Of a stretch of DNA of 64,000 nucleotides, positions 60,651 to 64,000 are shown in pieces. The stretch's first letter is position 1, and the number at the start of each line of letters is the position of its first letter. Origin of the DNA: Opitutia bacterium (GTDB lineage: Bacteria; Verrucomicrobiota; Verrucomicrobiia; Opitutales; Opitutaceae). The position numbers were made by a program, and so were the translations under genes. Below the pieces are notes generated by a model that was given only the letters and a program-made list of their open reading frames with translations, did not search any database and was not told the DNA's origin. The DNA lies in the NCBI GenBank assembly GCA_947478395.1, contig CANJVR010000002.1, positions 256,001-320,000 on the forward strand. Direction: 5' to 3'.

Positions 60651-61178
60651 TCAGCGCTGCATGAACTCCAGCAGAATCACCGGTACATTTAGGGGAGGGT
60701 GATCGGGGTCTAGAATATGCTTAACCGAAAGTTGCAGCGCTTGCGCAGTGACGCTGGTCAGGATGACGATATGATCGGCGACAAGCGGAATACCGGTGCG
60801 AGATTTTGCGGTGAATTGCTGGAGCTTCTGTCCCTCCCGATAGATATTCCCTCCCAAAATAATAGTGCCGGCGCAAATCGGCGTTGAGGGTATAACGCCG
60901 GTCAAACCCATTTCGGTGAATTTTGCCAACACGGCTGATACATTAGGCCCGGATGGTTTGACCTGAGCAGCTGCCTGATCAGCGCGGGCTTCCGGTTTTT
61001 TGAAGGGGCTAATGTCGGTACTTTCCAATTTAGAAACCTGACGATAACTCGGGGTGCGCAAAAATGGATCAGCTGCCGCGGTTTGAATAGGCGCGCTCGG
61101 GGGAGTTGACGTGGCAGAAAAACCCAAGGGAACGCACGCCACTGAGACCGAAATCAAAACAAGCATTCGAGTTTTCAC
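60651..61178 (-). CDS. Putative PilP/GspC-like protein
   Basis: Signal peptide, SPF motif, and LTGVI...IILGGNIYREGQ beta domain. Position after the PilO-like gene. Confidence 0.5.
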   Translation of the reverse strand: MKTRMLVLISVSVACVPLGFSATSTPPSAPIQTAAADPFLRTPSYRQVSKLESTDISPFKKPEARADQAAAQVKPSGPNVSAVLAKFTEMGLTGVIPSTPICAGTIILGGNIYREGQKLQQFTAKSRTGIPLVADHIVILTSVTAQALQLSVKHILDPDHPPLNVPVILLEFMQR

Positions 61179-61738
61179 GGTGAAGAAAGAGATTTTCCGT
61201 CCGTTAAAAACGTGGGGTATGAAATTTTGAGGGCGAGCTGGAGCGACTGACCTTTTTGCTCCAAAGCAATTTGCTCAAAACGGGATAGGGGCCAGGCGCG
61301 TTCCATTTCTCCGAGCCAATTCATCAAGCGGTAATATTCGCTCGAGACCCCGGTGGCTTCGGCGAATCGGACCCGCTGGGGCTTGCCGCGCCAACTGTAG
61401 TCCGAGATTCCTGACTTTCGATTTTGGACTGAAATGGTAGATTCCGTGCCGAGACGAGTTAGATCGGTCAGCATGGCGGTCTCGTCGCGTTCAGCCCCGA
61501 GGGCTGAGTTCCAGGCGGCGATGAAGGTGTTGGCGGGCGAGGACGCCTTTTTCATGCTGTCCAGCGTAAGACTTTTGATTTTGAGGGAGTTCTCGATGGC
61601 GACCGCTTTCTCCTTGTTTTGATCGAGCGACGCGGTGGCGAGGGTTAAACTTTTGTGACTCTTAAACACCGCGAACGCGAAAATACAGACGACGCAAAGC
61701 AAGATGACCGAGGGCAATAAATAGCGGTTCGATTCCAT
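61175..61738 (-). CDS. Putative PilO/GspM-like protein
   Basis: N-terminal TM, coiled coil, and Y..LMNWLGEMER..PL.R...I.L ferredoxin-like tail. Confidence 0.6.
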   Translation of the reverse strand: MESNRYLLPSVILLCVVCIFAFAVFKSHKSLTLATASLDQNKEKAVAIENSLKIKSLTLDSMKKASSPANTFIAAWNSALGAERDETAMLTDLTRLGTESTISVQNRKSGISDYSWRGKPQRVRFAEATGVSSEYYRLMNWLGEMERAWPLSRFEQIALEQKGQSLQLALKISYPTFLTDGKSLSSP

Positions 61739-61739
61739 T

Positions 61740-62333
61740 TTAGTTTAATTTTTCCCGTTTCAGCAGGGAGAAGTCCCCATTGCGGGGCAGGGCGACAATG
61801 GCGGAGAATTTCCAGCCCTCAGGGGAAGGGGAGTCGGTGTCGATCGTTGCCGTGCGAAAGCCAGCGAGATCGAGTGCGGACTGAATTTTAGCTATCTGGC
61901 GCGTGGCGGATTCTTGCTTAGAGGTCGTCAGCTCGACGGTAATTTTTGCGTTGGGCTGGGCCTGCTCCATCTCGATCGCTAGCCGAGAAAACGTCACGTT
62001 GGGTTCGAGTTGCTGCGTGATTAAAATAACTAGGGCTTGAGCCGGCGGGGTGATACTGAGCCAGTCGGACAAATCGCCGGCTTTGGCTCGGAGTTGCGCA
62101 ATACTATCGGCCTCTTTTTCGATCGCGCTTAGCTTCGATTCGTCCAACAAAAATTGCTTGGCTAGGATTTCGGATTCGGCCGTGACGCGAACCCCTTTTA
62201 GCACGGTGGTCCCGATGTAGATCGAAAAAGCAAGGATGGTCACATAAAACAGGACGATAGCGTTACTCAGCGCTGGCTTAAGCGGCCTTGGCAGCTCAGG
62301 CGGATTTATTTGGAGATCGTGCGCTAAAGTCAT
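61740..62333 (-). CDS. Putative PilN-like protein
   Basis: IN.P, TM helix, coiled coil, I...L.PNVTFSRL.I, and ..FS.... Position between the PilM-like and PilO-like genes. Confidence 0.55.
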   Translation of the reverse strand: MTLAHDLQINPPELPRPLKPALSNAIVLFYVTILAFSIYIGTTVLKGVRVTAESEILAKQFLLDESKLSAIEKEADSIAQLRAKAGDLSDWLSITPPAQALVILITQQLEPNVTFSRLAIEMEQAQPNAKITVELTTSKQESATRQIAKIQSALDLAGFRTATIDTDSPSPEGWKFSAIVALPRNGDFSLLKREKLN

Positions 62334-62337
62334 AATA

Positions 62338-63240
62338 TTAATTGAGCACCGTTGAGTGAAACGCGAGGTGCGGGGTTTGCTTCATCACATCGAATTTGCG
62401 CGTTTCAGGGATGTCCCCGATCAAGTTGGAAAAATCCGCCATGCCCCCGTCGACGTAGGCGAGGCGACCGGATTCCCCGGGGGGCAGGGCATCGGCAATC
62501 GCCGTGGCAATCGCGCTGGCAGTGCTTTCATCGACGCTCGGATCGTACAGGATGGAGTGCCATCCCTCGTGATCAACGCGCAGAAACATATAGCTGCTTG
62601 GAAGCGTAATGAGCAGCGCGCGCACGTCTTTGGCGGCGGATAAACCTGATGCGTAAGCCAATTGAAGCATTTGGGCTTGTTCGCTCACGATTCTGACCAG
62701 ATGGAGGCCGGCGACATTGCAGATCTCAGCGATCTGATTGATTTCGGCCGCGCGGATTTTAAAGCGGGCGCTCGAATTACTCGACTCAGGGTGATGCACC
62801 AAAGCGTTTACGTCGTCGGTAATTTTATCATCCGGGAACAGAATCATCGGCTCGGTTCGCATCACTTTCATGGTTTCGACGTCGGCCAATATGCTAACCG
62901 AGGATAGAGCGGTTACGCTAAAACCATAGCCCAAGCCTACGGCGATATAGGTCGTATTATGTTTCGCGGCATAGGCACGGAGCGAATCGTTGAACTTATC
63001 GCGATCGGATAACGAAAAAAGCTGCTCATCGAAGAAAGACGGCCGGCCTTCTGCATCAAAAACGGCCAGAACCACCCTCCAGCTGTTTTTCGAGACGGAA
63101 GCCACCATGATTCGATTTTTACCGAGTTTGAAAAATCCCAAAAGCTTTCGCTCCATGAACCGACTGGAAATCGTTGATTCGATATCCAAGGGATCGGGTC
63201 GAAACCCGGAGAAGGAAAGTAGCGCCGTGAGTGGGTTCAC
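62338..63240 (-). CDS. Putative PilM/GspL-like cytoplasmic protein (GTG start)
   Basis: Soluble 300-aa protein with I.....AGL....I..E..., LLI......F and YVDGG, consistent with an actin-like PilM fold. Upstream of the pilN/O-like genes. Confidence 0.5.
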   Translation of the reverse strand: MNPLTALLSFSGFRPDPLDIESTISSRFMERKLLGFFKLGKNRIMVASVSKNSWRVVLAVFDAEGRPSFFDEQLFSLSDRDKFNDSLRAYAAKHNTTYIAVGLGYGFSVTALSSVSILADVETMKVMRTEPMILFPDDKITDDVNALVHHPESSNSSARFKIRAAEINQIAEICNVAGLHLVRIVSEQAQMLQLAYASGLSAAKDVRALLITLPSSYMFLRVDHEGWHSILYDPSVDESTASAIATAIADALPPGESGRLAYVDGGMADFSNLIGDIPETRKFDVMKQTPHLAFHSTVLN

Positions 63241-63245
63241 GACTC

Positions 63246-63253
63246 AATTAAGG
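63246..63253 (-). promoter_or_regulatory. Island motif CCTTAATT, 5 nt before the PilM-like GTG
   Basis: Minus strand reads ccgccCCTTAATTgagtcGTG. Confidence 0.6.
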
Positions 63254-63271
63254 GGCGGCCGACTGAACAGA

Positions 63272-64000
63272 TTACAGCATTCCTGCAGCGATCCGCTTCA
63301 GCCTGGATTGTTCGAACAATTGCATGCCTTCGTTCGTCCCAACCTCAATGTCCTGCTTAAGGTGACCATAACGCCCGCCTCGGATTTTTGAGCTTATGGA
63401 CTGGTTCCAGGTCAATATCTCGTGGATCGGCACGACGGCCCGACGCTGATTAGCGGGATAAAGGAGTTGTTGCGCGACGCATATGCTCAGAGCCATGGCT
63501 AATGCGCCGGCTCCGCTTGAGCCAATTTCGGCGACCAGATCGCCCATGCGTTGCATGGCGCTCCCCACATCTTGTCCATGGATGGTGGAGACCACTTTAA
63601 CCCCCGTTAACGAAGCTTCCAGGGCGACTTCTGCTTCGTCCGAGTCCCGGATTTCACCCACCATGATGATGTCAGCGTGCATGCGTAGAGCCCGCTTCAG
63701 CGCTGAGGCAAACGTGGCGGTATGGGGGCCAACGGAAATCGAGGTGAAGCTGCTGCCGTTAGGTAAATCTTGGAACTCGAACTCGACCGGATCCTCGATG
63801 GTAACGACTCGAACTGGCCGGCGTTTCGCGTTTTCAACTAGAAGTGAAGCGATCGAGGTGGATTTTCCGTTGCCGGTTGATCCCGCGAACAGGACTAGAC
63901 CCGATTTGAGCTGCACGAATCGGTCCACCAAATCTGGAGGTAATAATAGATCCTCTGGCTTGGGTGCGACCCGAGGCAAAACTCGAAGGGTAAATTCTTC
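63272..64000 (-). CDS. pilT: PilT/PilU-family retraction ATPase, 5' end beyond the window
   Basis: Frame is open to 64000. GLVLFAGSTGNGKSTS, TIEDPVEF, ALRMHADIIMVGEIRD, STIH and GMQ.FEQS motifs, with no tetracysteine motif. Confidence 0.8.
   Translation of the reverse strand, partial: EEFTLRVLPRVAPKPEDLLLPPDLVDRFVQLKSGLVLFAGSTGNGKSTSIASLLVENAKRRPVRVVTIEDPVEFEFQDLPNGSSFTSISVGPHTATFASALKRALRMHADIIMVGEIRDSDEAEVALEASLTGVKVVSTIHGQDVGSAMQRMGDLVAEIGSSGAGALAMALSICVAQQLLYPANQRRAVVPIHEILTWNQSISSKIRGGRYGHLKQDIEVGTNEGMQLFEQSRLKRIAAGML

Larger units (their letters stand above)
41100..64000. mobile_element. Putative genomic island / integrated element (left part; boundary approximate, right end beyond the window)
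   Basis: Abrupt change after lepB to more AT-rich sequence and atypical codon use (judged by eye). Content is ParB-like, sigma-like, ASCH and orphan genes plus a diverged pilus cluster. No integrase or att site was identified. Confidence 0.65.

Overview
The window looks like a GC-rich bacterial chromosome segment. Gene content (DUF5069 protein, mcsA-mcsB-clpC, eukaryote-type UDP-HexNAc pyrophosphorylase, prepilin-type protein) suggests Verrucomicrobia/Opitutaceae, which is an inference. Positions 1 to ~41.1 kb hold housekeeping genes: polB (3' part), iorAB, CBS-PPase, ilvE, mcsA-mcsB-clpC, polX, ftsB-like, UAP, phospho-sugar mutase, dinB, purH, peptidases, pal, tRNA-Lys, ECF sigma/anti-sigma, ruvA-dapB-dapA and fabD-lepA-lepB. 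This part also carries a decayed NarL-type response regulator. From ~41.1 kb to the window end lies a visibly more AT-rich accessory island. It encodes a degenerate ParB-like protein, a 702-aa highly diverged sigma70-like protein, a divergent partner that may carry a second sigma region-2-like segment, phage-like cargo (helical-repeat protein, P-loop kinase-like protein, ASCH protein) and a diverged type IV pilus/T2SS-like cluster (pilT-M-N-O-P-B-C, a small secreted protein, two mosaic repeat adhesins, a secretin). The most notable signal is a motif CCTTAATT exactly 5 nt before the start codon of four island genes, plus a variant ATTTAATT before a fifth. It sits where host leaderless genes carry a TANNNT -10 box. 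This suggests a mobile element whose own sigma factor and promoter consensus drive a pilus system. No integrase, major pilin or right boundary is visible in the window.
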